Shown in pieces: positions 11,552 through 21,900 of a stretch of DNA of 64,000 bases. Position numbers and translations under genes: made by a program. Source of the stretch: Diplonema japonicum (taxonomy: Eukaryota; Protista; Euglenozoa: Diplonemea). How positions within the stretch are numbered: the stretch's first letter is position 1; every line of letters starts with the position of its first letter. Below the pieces are notes generated by a model. The model had not been told where the DNA came from, made no database searches, and saw only the letters and a list, made by a program, of their open reading frames with translations. The stretch is from positions 558,001-622,000 of the forward strand of contig OZ025669.1 of assembly GCA_964019335.1 (NCBI GenBank), given 5' to 3'.

Positions 11552-12790
11552 TTAGTACGGGACAAAATCGCATGAAACATCAACGGTGGGCCGCAGGACG
11601 GGAAGGGTCTTCTCACGGAGGTCTTCTTCAGGGGTGAACACGGGGAGCACCTTGAGCTCGAGGAGCGTCTTGACAGAAGTCTCGAGTATAGATATGGTAA
11701 GGTTCTCTCCCGGGCACGCTCGGCTGCCTGCCCCAAATGTAAGCGGAGGCGGCGGAGGGGTGGGCCCCGTCCACCGTGAAGGGTCGAAAGCGTCTTTTGT
11801 AGGACCGAAAATCTTATCAGTATTTGCAGAAGCGATGCCAGGGAAGGCCTTCCATTCACCATGTTTAGGGTTTAGTGCGTATTGATTAATCTTCTGGGTT
11901 TTGACCCCGCGTCCCATAACCCCAACAGGAGGTCGAAGCCGCAACGCTTCGACTATGAAAATCCTTAAGTACCCTTCTTCATTCTCAATCCGTTTTGCCT
12001 CCGCGCGTGTAAGTCGCTTCCATGTGTAGAACATCGCTGATGACAATGCCTTCGGGACGATGCCGTGCAAGAGGAACGTGAGGTGCTCCCCGACCTCACG
12101 GTACAGCTTCCCTTTGCAATTTGCCAGCATTGCCTTTGCTATGGGGCCCGTTCTCCCTTCTTTTAAATGAGTGGTTATGAGGGTTGTCATTTCTTTACGT
12201 GCGGCGATGCCCTTTTCAAAAGTGGATTCTACAAAAGGAACGCCTTCAACTGGCAGGGCTTCACACCCTCTGAACTGTTGTGTTTGCAGAGCGGGCAGGT
12301 TGATCGCCTGTGCTTCTTTTAAAGAAGTACCGAGGATGAGGTGGAAAAGGATGCTGTTGCTGTGTTCCTTCGCAGATTTGTAGAAGTTCGGGATTTTTTT
12401 CATCGCGATCATGTTTTTGATGCGTTGGTGAACGGTTTTTTCGACGTCTCCGTCTACAGTGTTCACCTCTGCGAAGCTTTTTACAACCGCCGACCTCCAA
12501 AATTGGACGCCTTCTGCATTGTCGCTCATGAGAAAAGTCTCCCCGACGCATTTTTTTATCTTTTCCAGCATGGATGCGTCGGGGGGGTAGCTGGCCTCGT
12601 CTTCCAGCATTTTCTTGGCGGTCGAGTAGCCCCCTGCAAACACGCACGGCATCCCAGCTATTTTAGAACAATACACCTCACCGTGTTTTTCAGTCTTCGC
12701 TTTCACGTAACCCACAGGGTCCGCTGCAAGACGGTTGGAGTCGCTGGCACCGCCAAACCACCCAAAACTTCCAGGGGGCTTCTCAGACAT
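11552..12790 (-). CDS. Cytochrome P450, divergent (CYP120/CYP26-like), no N-terminal anchor
   Basis: EALR (ExxR), FDPSRW, heme motif FGAGSRACPG; atypical I-helix HGIVPKALSS. Confidence 0.92.
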   Translation of the reverse strand: MSEKPPGSFGWFGGASDSNRLAADPVGYVKAKTEKHGEVYCSKIAGMPCVFAGGYSTAKKMLEDEASYPPDASMLEKIKKCVGETFLMSDNAEGVQFWRSAVVKSFAEVNTVDGDVEKTVHQRIKNMIAMKKIPNFYKSAKEHSNSILFHLILGTSLKEAQAINLPALQTQQFRGCEALPVEGVPFVESTFEKGIAARKEMTTLITTHLKEGRTGPIAKAMLANCKGKLYREVGEHLTFLLHGIVPKALSSAMFYTWKRLTRAEAKRIENEEGYLRIFIVEALRLRPPVGVMGRGVKTQKINQYALNPKHGEWKAFPGIASANTDKIFGPTKDAFDPSRWTGPTPPPPPLTFGAGSRACPGENLTISILETSVKTLLELKVLPVFTPEEDLREKTLPVLRPTVDVSCDFVPY

Positions 12791-12956
12791 TTTATTCTTC
12801 TTTTTTTCTTTTTTTTTTTTTTTTTTGGTTCTCCTTTGAATTTAGTTTCTTCTTCTTCTTTTTTTCTTTTTGCAAAGAAGAAAATAAAAAAACAGAATTA
12901 ACATTGGTATTAAGGGGGGGGGGGGGGGGGGGGGTTCTATTCTTTTTTTTTTAAAA

Positions 12957-14093
12957 TTAGCTTTTCTTTTTGTAAGCCTTGAAGGGCTGCGTGTACTCCC
13001 AGTCCGTCCCCCGCATCATCCACACGTGCGTTTTTGGCGATCCATCGTCGAAGGTTTCCTCCCATTCCTTGACGTCCGCTTTGCTGGTGAACAGCTTGTG
13101 GTGCATTTCCTCATAGGCCTCCCACCATTTTGTGTGTCCTGAGCCGTACATCTCTTTAGTTCGGAGTTCTTGTTTGACAGTAGAGATTTCTTTGTGGTCT
13201 CCGTGGCGGTTGTACCATGGTTTCCAAGTGCCGCTGAGGTGGAGGCCGACAACCCATTTCCCTTGGCCGTGTTGTGCGCTGTACTTGTTGCCGAGAAAGA
13301 TAACTCTCCCATCTATGAAGTATCTCATGACCAACCCGTCTCGGCCGTTGGACGAACGGAACTTGTACTTGTCCTTCTTGGAGTCTCTTTGCTCGGTGTA
13401 GAAAGCGAGCAGTTCGTCGAGTAGATCCTTCCCTGGACGCAGAACCATCGCACCGGTGTGGAAGTACCCCTTGCTGGAGTGCCCGGGTACCGCAGCAATC
13501 CAATATCGATCATGAGGCAGCTTTGTTGCGAAGATTGAGTCAGGGTTTTGAAGCATCACTATGTCCGCATCGAGAAAAGCTATCACCTTGTAGTCTGTCA
13601 GATTGTACAGGTAAAACTTGTCAAATGTCGTCCCCCACGTCGTGCCTGGTATGTTTCGTGAAAGTGTTGCCGATTTCGATATTGCGACCACCTTGTCGAA
13701 GACCCTTGCTAGGCGTGACAAAGCAGGTTCGCCCACTGTCGGGGAGGTCATAACTACGGTGTCGCAGAGTTTTGGGTCGGCTTGAAGGTATTCCGATTGC
13801 TGTTTCAAGGTGTACCCCAGGACCAGTGCTCCGTCGACGTACTTCTCGTTCCCTATGAACGTCACGTAGGCGGCCCTGCCTTCGTCTTCCCCGCCTTGCC
13901 AAGCTGGTTCGGCCTCTCCTTCGTACGGTGGTGCTTCCCACGTGCTCCCGTTTTTTTTCTTCTCGTTTTTTTTTTGATATCGCTCGTGGATATCACCCTT
14001 TGCACCACCTAGGCCTACCATGTTCGTTACAAACCCCAGCACGCCAAGCAGGACCACGACACTTATCAGAAAGGATGGGTTGTTGAGGCTCAT
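12957..14093 (-). CDS. GT8 glycogenin-like glycosyltransferase, type II membrane protein
   Basis: N-terminal TM helix; AYVT..YVDGALVLG, TFDKFYL, FLDAD (DxD), FHTGAMVLRP, H..G.WKPW. Confidence 0.9.
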   Translation of the reverse strand: MSLNNPSFLISVVVLLGVLGFVTNMVGLGGAKGDIHERYQKKNEKKKNGSTWEAPPYEGEAEPAWQGGEDEGRAAYVTFIGNEKYVDGALVLGYTLKQQSEYLQADPKLCDTVVMTSPTVGEPALSRLARVFDKVVAISKSATLSRNIPGTTWGTTFDKFYLYNLTDYKVIAFLDADIVMLQNPDSIFATKLPHDRYWIAAVPGHSSKGYFHTGAMVLRPGKDLLDELLAFYTEQRDSKKDKYKFRSSNGRDGLVMRYFIDGRVIFLGNKYSAQHGQGKWVVGLHLSGTWKPWYNRHGDHKEISTVKQELRTKEMYGSGHTKWWEAYEEMHHKLFTSKADVKEWEETFDDGSPKTHVWMMRGTDWEYTQPFKAYKKKS

Positions 14094-14167
14094 TTCTCTT
14101 TTCTCCCTCTTTCCCCCCCCCTTGTCCTTTTTGTTTTATGGATGAAGCTGACAGTAAACAGTGTTAA

Positions 14168-15668
14168 CCATCTACCAACGAGCGTCTATATATAGACGAT
14201 TTGAAAAAAAATCTTTTGCGCAAAGGGCTTTCAATGCAATACAGCCCGGCCACTTCTCGCATCCGGGGTCCTGCGCGGAAAATATGAAAAATATAAACTA
14301 AATGCTGCCCTAACTTTGCAAGAAAATGAAAAAATAAAAAAAAAACGCTCAAATTTACCCTTAAAAATCACTTCAAAAAAGGGCACCCAGAAAGAGGCCG
14401 GAAGAGGACATTATGAGTGATGGTAGCACTGATTGCTCATCCCTATTATGCAATTTTGATACGAACAGTGATTCTGATTCGAATTCGACCGATTCCGAGT
14501 CACAGCAGGGTGATTGGACGGCAAAGCCGGAGCGGTTGGAAGGCATCCGGTTTCGTGAAGATCGGAATCCTTGTGGACCCTGTTTTGACATCAGAGGCTC
14601 AACGCCATTCCATATATTCTCCCAAATGCTCGTCCCAAACGTTATTTGGGTCATAACTTCGAACAATGTGGCAAATGCGGCTAAAAAAGGTGTTTCCCTG
14701 GATCTCGATGCTGCTTCTCTGCATACCTTCCTAGGTGCCCTTTTGTCGATGGACTTGGATATCAAGCCAGATTATTCTGACTACTGGCGCACTGGCTCCA
14801 CGCCTCTCAACCACACCCTGGGTACGCCACCGTCATGTCAAGACCGCTTTTTGACTATTCTGGGAAATCTGTGTTTCCACAGCGAAACAAACAAGCGTGC
14901 TGACTTCTACCCATCGCAAAGGCCTCCCGGAGATCACGGATGCCCCAAAGAAGCGAGTCCGCAAGCCCAAGGACGCGCACCCTGTGGGGACACCCAGTTC
15001 CACCAGCACGTGAGCATCCTTTGCACCACAACGTGGCATGCCATCAAGCCTGTGCGCTTTCTGTCGACGTTGGATGTTCTGGTAAGTCAAATTTGGCGTG
15101 TCGGCCAAAAGAGAATGGACGGAGGCCCTCCAGAAAGGACATCCCGCTCCCCACCAAGTGCATATTTACAACACCGCAATGGGCGGAACCTACGCTGGGT
15201 GACGCTGTGACAAAACGCCATAAACGCACCTGAAAGTATTTTCGTACTTGTTAGATAAATCTCTGGCAAATGCCCGGCTTGTTTGGAAAGAAGCATTGCC
15301 CCCCAACACCCTGAGTACGAACGACAGTGGATTCACGCCTTTCAAAGAGGCAGTCATCGAAGGGCTACTAGGGAGGCTGCCCAAACAACAGCTAAAGTCA
15401 ACTACAGAGCAGGCTGCCCCAATACCATGCCCCGAAACACAGAACGAGTGCCCTGAGGCCCCAATGCGACGCGACAGCACCTTCTGGGACCATTTCCCCG
15501 ACAATGTTGTGGGGGTGGGCCCTGCTGTGGGCACCCACTCTCTAGAATTGGGACATCTGGAGGCATTTCCGGGGGCATATAGCCCCGGCGTTGTGCTAGA
15601 ATAGTTTTTTTTTTGAAGTTTTGAAAATTTACCCCCCTGGTGGGCAAAAATGGTCTGTTGGTAGATGG
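14168..15668 (+). mobile_element. piggyBac DNA transposon, non-autonomous (copy 2, different family)
   Basis: TTAA at 14164-14167 and 15669-15672; perfect 12-bp TIR CCATCTACCAAC / GTTGGTAGATGG. Confidence 0.92.
14413..15604 (+). pseudogene. Deleted piggyBac transposase
   Basis: Acidic N-terminus; TPFHIFSQM, LHTFLGALLSM..PDYSDYW..DRFLTILGNLCF; later LDKSLANARLVW..FKEAVIEGLL; catalytic core missing. Confidence 0.8.
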
Positions 15669-15692
15669 TTAAAGAATTTTTTTTTTTTCCCC

Positions 15693-16085
15693 TCATTCAG
15701 AGTCGCTGTCTGAGTTCAGACCCATAGCCTCGTAACCGGTTTGTTCGTTGCTGGTGCTTTCTTCTTCTTCTTCTTCTTTTTCTTCTTCTTCGTCTTCGTC
15801 CTCGCTGCTGTCTGTCGCGTTGCTGTCGTAGTAGTGCTTTTCATCTCTCCCACCGTGTTCTTGCACCTCCACCTCCTTGTCTGTCTCCACCAACGCCTCC
15901 CTCTCCACCTCCCTGTCTGTCTCCTCTTCTAAGTCTTCGAATAATGCGTTCTTCCCTTCCGTCCCGACCTTCCCTTTGCCTGCCTTCATAAGGGTCTCAA
16001 GGGTAATGAGATACTGTTGTTTGTCCGTTGCCGTGGCGAGGGACGTGAAGTCACCGGCAGGGGGGAAGAGAGGCTGCTCCTCCAT
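15693..16085 (-). CDS. Small acidic hypothetical protein
   Basis: 130-aa ORF, Glu/Asp-rich, same strand as neighbours. Confidence 0.5.
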   Translation of the reverse strand: MEEQPLFPPAGDFTSLATATDKQQYLITLETLMKAGKGKVGTEGKNALFEDLEEETDREVEREALVETDKEVEVQEHGGRDEKHYYDSNATDSSEDEDEEEEKEEEEEESTSNEQTGYEAMGLNSDSDSE

Positions 16086-16241
16086 TGCGTTCCTTTAGAA
16101 AGGTGATACTGTCTCACCAGTGAAAGAGAAAAAAAAATCCTCGCTTTTTTCTTTTTTTTTTTTTTTTTTTTTTTTTTGCAGGGGAAATAGAGGGGGAAAG
16201 AAATCCTGTAAAGGACCTACCTATCCCCCCCTTTTTTTTCT

Positions 16242-16676
16242 TCAAGAAACCTTCCCAAGCGTCAAAGAAGGGTCCCTTTTCGGTTTTACGTGAGCTGAAC
16301 AAGGTGGGGGGTTAGGGGTATGGAAAGTCAGTGGTTTTGCGGGCACCAGTGGACTGAATGAATACCCACACGATTTTGTGTTATAAACCCCTTCCAGCAA
16401 ATGGCGCAGAGCAACGTGTCTAGTAAAAGACACACAGCCAGAAGGAGGCTTTGCTCTCGTCCGCTGCCGGGAGGCTGTAGCGTGGTAGGTCCGCATTCTG
16501 TTCTTTTGCACAGCTTCGCACAGGGCCGCCTTCGTTAGCTCCAGTTGTGCCCGTTGCCTCGCCTCCTCTTCCCGCCCATAACGTCGTAATGATTCTGCAG
16601 TTGAAGTTCTCAGAGTCGTCTGCAGTTGGCACAGCCGTGTGTCTTTGTGTTTGTTCCGCGTTGCTGCCATTGGCAT
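16242..16676 (-). CDS. Small basic hypothetical protein
   Basis: High-complexity ORF between homopolymer spacers; first ATG gives MPMAATRNK. Confidence 0.45.
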   Translation of the reverse strand: MPMAATRNKHKDTRLCQLQTTLRTSTAESLRRYGREEEARQRAQLELTKAALCEAVQKNRMRTYHATASRQRTRAKPPSGCVSFTRHVALRHLLEGVYNTKSCGYSFSPLVPAKPLTFHTPNPPPCSAHVKPKRDPSLTLGKVS

Positions 16677-17247
16677 TCTGGAGGTTCTTAAAATCAAGAC
16701 GAAGGAGGGGGGACAAAAAAAATAAATCAGGGGAACTGAGCAGGATAGAGAATAAAAAAATAAGGGGTAAAAAAAAAAAGAGGGGGAGGGGGAGAGGGCA
16801 CCTCACCATATCCCGAAATAATAATTACGTACCTTAGTGCTATCCAGAGCGGAGTGGTCCATGGTGCTAAAGAAAATACCTACTGGTCAAATATACGACA
16901 GTAACGAAGTTTTTTTTTTCTCTTTCTTTAAAAAAAGAAAAAGCCAGACTAACACTGTAGAACACGTTACCAAGAGAAAAAAAAGAAAACGTTATGCAAG
17001 AAAAAAAAAAAGCCACTAATATGGTGCCCCCTTTTTTTTCCCCCCTTCTCCTCCTCTTCCCCTCACCTTTTTTTTTTTTTTTTTTTGGATTTAGCACTTT
17101 CTTCTTTTTTTTTTTTGTTCTGGCGTGTAGCTGCTTATTCGTTTTCTTTTCTTTTTTTTTTTTCAATTCTCTTTTTTTTTTTCTTTTCTTTTTTTTTCCC
17201 CCCGTCCCCCACCCCCCCGTCTCTTTATTTAAAAAAAAAACTTTTTT

Positions 17248-17964
17248 TTACCAGAAAATATAGATGAGGAAAAGACAGAATGCGATCAGCGTGGCGAGAA
17301 CACTTATTATTATTATTATTTTTTTTTTTTTTTTTTTAGAAAAATAAATTCTATCCCCCCCCACATACATGGTATCTCTGTGGCGCTTATTTCTAATCTT
17401 CCCAAGAACGGAATCGATCCCAGGTATCATGCTCACAACCCGGCTCACACGATCGGACGCAGATTGCATTAAGGTAAATTGCTCCTTAATCTGCTGGTGG
17501 CCAGCTGTTGCTTGGTCCTGGAGGCGGCGAGTGGCCGCTTTCGTTTTCATCAGCGAATCCTGCTCCTCATTAAGGAGCCGAGTAGTGTGGGTTTCGTTAT
17601 ATTCTTCTATTTCATGGTGAACGTCTGCGAGCAGGTTGTGCCTGGCCCGCTTAGCGCTAATGGACTGCATGATCTGAACTAGCGCGCGGGACTTTTCGTT
17701 GGCAACTTCCTCACACCTTTCCGACTGCTGCCGTAGCAGGCTCACGTCCCTCCCGCTTGCCTCAGCTGACCAATCTCCCAGTACTCTTGCATTTCCCTTC
17801 AATACTCCGATTAGCCTACCTGCCTCAGCGTGTAAGCCCTGAATGTGTGTGTCCTCCACAGTGCTGTCCAAGTTCTCCAGCTGTATCAAATGAGTCTCAA
17901 TCTCTGTTTCAAGCCGTCTTACCTCCAACTTCTTGCGTTCCCACATGTTGTTGGAGTTTTCCAT
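17248..17964 (-). CDS. GOS1: Golgi Qb-SNARE GOS1/GS28-like
   Basis: WE..K.EVRRLETEIE N-terminus; SNARE end IPGIDSVLGKIRNKRHRDT; removing the 66-nt intron 17303-17368 gives the TM tail IVLATLIAFCLFLIYIFW. Confidence 0.85.
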   Translation of the reverse strand: MENSNNMWERKKLEVRRLETEIETHLIQLENLDSTVEDTHIQGLHAEAGRLIGVLKGNARVLGDWSAEASGRDVSLLRQQSERCEEVANEKSRALVQIMQSISAKRARHNLLADVHHEIEEYNETHTTRLLNEEQDSLMKTKAATRRLQDQATAGHQQIKEQFTLMQSASDRVSRVVSMIPGIDSVLGKIRNKRHRDTMYVGGDRIYFSKKKKKKIIIIISVLATLIAFCLFLIYIFW

Positions 17965-18076
17965 TTTTTTTTTTTTTTTCCTGCTGTTTTTTTTTTTTTT
18001 TTTTTTTTTTTCCTCCCTTGGAGAGCCACAGTCAAAATAAAAAGAACTTCCAGATAGAGCAAATCACACTAACGCC

Positions 18077-18107
<31 letters not shown>

Positions 18108-18951
18108 CCTTCTCTGTTTCGTTAAAAAAGGGTGTCTTTTGAAGGGAACCTGACAGGATCGCCTAAAAAGATTTTTTTTTTTCATTCCCCTTGATGCACC
18201 CACCGAGACGTCCAAAGAACAAAAAAAAAAGGGAAGGGGGGGAGGGGGCTTCTTCAAGAAACAAAAGAATAAAAAAAAAAATAAAAAAAGCATAGCAACG
18301 AAGGCAGTAGTAATATCATTAAAAAAAAAAGCAGGAAAGAGAGAAAGAAAAAACCTAAATAATTGTGAAAATTTCTTCGTTTCCCCCTTTTTTTATCGGC
18401 ATAAGAGACAAAATTCTAGTAATTATTACCCCCCTTTTTTTTGTTGCTCAAATGCAAATATCGAGTTCACGTTTCATTTTTTTTTTTTTCGGTGTGTATT
18501 TTTCTTCTCTCTATTTGTAAAGGAACAAAGTAACAAAAAAAAAAGGGTCTTTTTTTTTTTCTTTTTTTTTTTTTTTTTCCTTACACTGCCCTTTCTCCTT
18601 TTTAGATCACACAAACAACCCCGCGGAGTGCTTGTTGAATTGACAAATCTGTCGAGGGAAAAAAAATTATTTTTCCTCTCCCTTTTCCTACTTCTACAAT
18701 CCAACCCTTTTTGCCTTTTCCTAACATAAAAAAAAAAAAGAAAAAAAGAAAGAAACTGCGAAGAGGCGAACAAAAAGAAATGCAAAAAACAAAAACAAAA
18801 AATGTAAACGAGTGACAAGGTTCTTTTTCATTTATTTATTTCACACCCCGCCTCATTTTTTTGTTCCTTTTTTTTGTTTCCATTGATACGAAGGAAGGAA
18901 AGACAAAAAAGAAACAAAACACCACGCACACCCTCCCCCCCCAAGATTAAT

Positions 18952-21900
18952 TTAAACCTCAGGCCGGCTTTGCACATCCTGCATTGCAGTGCCTTCACCC
19001 GCACGACCCTCGTCCTCATCATCGTCATCTTCGAAAAGGTTGTCATCATCATCTTCAAATTCAGCGTCCTGTTTTATTTTATTTTATTTTTAGTTGTTTT
19101 ATTAAACCCCCCTGCCCTGCCTCGTAACACACCACATGGCCGTAAGGGCTCCTATACTTATCTGTTGCAATGTAGCCTTTCTTCCACGCGGTGTAAACAG
19201 CAACTTTTTTATTTTTTTATTTTTTTTTTTGTTTTTGTTTTATTCCTCATACCTATGGCAGTAAGCACCACCAGAATAATGACCAGCACAAGCCCTGCGC
19301 TGATGTTGCTAGCCTTTTCCTCGAAGAGTGTCGGCACTGGAGAGGATGGTGCACTAGTTTCCGGGATATCTGGAATTGGCGGGACTGCAGTGGGCGTGTG
19401 TGTTGTGGGCTTTGATGTGGCAGGTGCTTCTGTAGGAGGTGCCGAGGTAAGAGGTGAGGGCGATGGATTCGCCGTGGGCTCAGCCTGTGTGTGGTGTGGT
19501 GTATTGTGCACTTCATACCGTAGGTTTGAGGGGCTCTATGGAGACAGGCTCTGATGTAGGCATGGGTGTTTTCTTGCTGCCTTCGTAAGGGCAGATCCCG
19601 TTGTCGTCGGGGACGGGGCGCAGGTTGTCCTCTGATGAGCCCGACTCACAAACAAAGCTGCATTTGCTCGGCAGCGCCGCCCCACACAGCCCCCCTGCGT
19701 AGCACAGGCCGTTGTGGCATGCACCCCCCACTGTCCTGTAAGCACAGTTCCCTTCCTTCCCGCACTCGTACGTTGGTTTGAACACGTCCCCTGCAAGGGT
19801 TTTGAAGGCTTCCTGTTTGATCTTCAACGTGCAAAGTGAGTCCCATCTCAGTGGGTTCTTCGCGCCCTGTTCTTGGAAGGTGAACGTGGCCTCCTTCTGC
19901 CCAGGCTCGCTATTCCTCAACAAGGTCAAACCGAACCCCTTTGTGCCTGCTGCGGTGCACACCTTGGACTGGCACTCGCACAGCATGGTGAGGGCGTCCT
20001 CCGGTTTCTCGAAGGTGACGGGCTCCGTAAAGGACATGGTGATGGTGAGCGGTTCCAAGGGGAGTACATCGTCCATCTGCTCAGGGGACAGGGACATGAA
20101 GGGCACTGGCTTGCCGGTCCCGGAACCTGCCGCCTGGATCGACAGGGTGTACTTGAGGCAGAAGGTGCTGTCCAGAATGTGCTTCGCGACAACATCACCG
20201 TCTGCCAGCTTCATGTTCAGGAAGTACTTCCCAGCATCCAGACCCTTCACCTCCAAGACAGACGACCCCTCGAAGCCCTCCTCGTCGTTGGGGTCCAGTT
20301 CCGCGTCAGCAGTGGAAACGATCTCCGGCTCCATCATGCTGCCATCGTCCTTTGTGAACTCCAAGCGCAGCGCCATGAGCACGAAGTTGAACCTCGCCTC
20401 AATCTTGAAGTAGCAGTCGCTCATCCCAGGCAGGATCTCGATGGGCATCATCTGTGTCTCGGACACATGTTCATTCGTGATCGCGTACTTCTTCTTAAAG
20501 TTCAAGCCCTTGTCGTCCAGCGTCTGCTTCTCGATTGTCTGCACCTCCTCACACACAGTGGCCATGCTGACCTCTGCCATACTCATCTCCCCAACTGCGA
20601 AGTCAAAGGTGGTGAGCCTGTCGTATTCGTTGCAGTCTTTGTACTCCTCGCGTTCCATGAGGCGCAGCCTGTCCTCCTGTGGCACCACAACGCGCACAGA
20701 GTACGCCACCTCGTTACCAGGGAGGAATGCCAACATTGCCTCAACGTGAGTGCTCTTGGTGACCTTCTCCGCCACAGTGCCCCCTTCTGCGTCAAGGACG
20801 CGGAGGTTGACATCGATGTCAACATTGTGTGTGTGTGTCCACACCCTCACAAGCTTGTCGATACCCAACATGAGAGGCATGTCGGTCAGCTCGTCACCCG
20901 CCTGGAGGAAGGTGTACTTCTTGCCCTCAATGAGTACCATGTTGGTAGGGTACGACTCTTGGAGCTCGTTAGGGAACACCTTGTTCAGCTCGCAGTCGAC
21001 CTTACGCTCAGGTGCGACCGTTGCGTTCGGTGGGCTCATGGGGGCCACTGTTTCGGCAATGGAAAAGTCCTCAATAGACAAGTGCAGGGAATACTTCTGA
21101 CATCCGCTGAACGGTCCCTGTGCGTTGCCCGCCGTTGTGTCATCCGTAGTGTTCAAGAACATGACCATGTAGTTGCCCTCCCCAAGGGTGACGTACAAGT
21201 AGTCGCGGTCGAGGTACCTGATGGGGTAGTAATGTGCCCAGTCATCCTGTTCTCCTTCATCCTCTTTCTTCATGAGGTGCATGTGCATGGAGCCAGTTTC
21301 AAATGTGGAGCGGAGGTCGAATTCAACACGGCCGCCCTTGTCACCAAAGGTGAACTCCATGTGGTGGTTGAACAGCTTGTCTGTAGGGCGCCTCCTGGGA
21401 GTGTGTCCATGTACCGGGAAAGTGGTGGGGAACTCGTTGAAGGGTTTGCATATCTCGTTGAGCTTCTCGTTGTGGTAGTCGTCCTGCTTCATGATCGAGA
21501 TCTCGACAGGCGTGCTCAAGCACTCCATCCCTTTCGGTCGGTGAAAGAGCCCGTCGTCCTCATTGGGGATCACGGCACCAGTGTATTTGTAGTACAGGTA
21601 AACCTGGTAGGTACCTTCCTCAAGATCAACAAGCAAAGTCTTACCCTCCTTCACTAAGATGTCCTGCCAGTCCTCAGACTCGGGACTTTTTGTGAGGTGC
21701 ATGTAAATTTCAATGTCGGGGAGGTCGTAAGAAGGGGGCACCCACATTCTGAACACCACCTTGCTCGACACCGTGAAGGTGGTGGTGTCCGCCCGCCTGT
21801 CGTTGTCGATCCTGATGTCGCCTACAGCGTGGAACTCGTCATCCACCAGCATCCCGGGAACGTTGAGATCTTTCGCCAGGAACTGGTGCGAGCAGTTGTA

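Noticed and set aside
9548-15668. Composite transposon carrying the P450 and GT8 genes
   Set aside because: The two piggyBacs have different TIRs and each has its own TTAA duplication, so they are independent insertions
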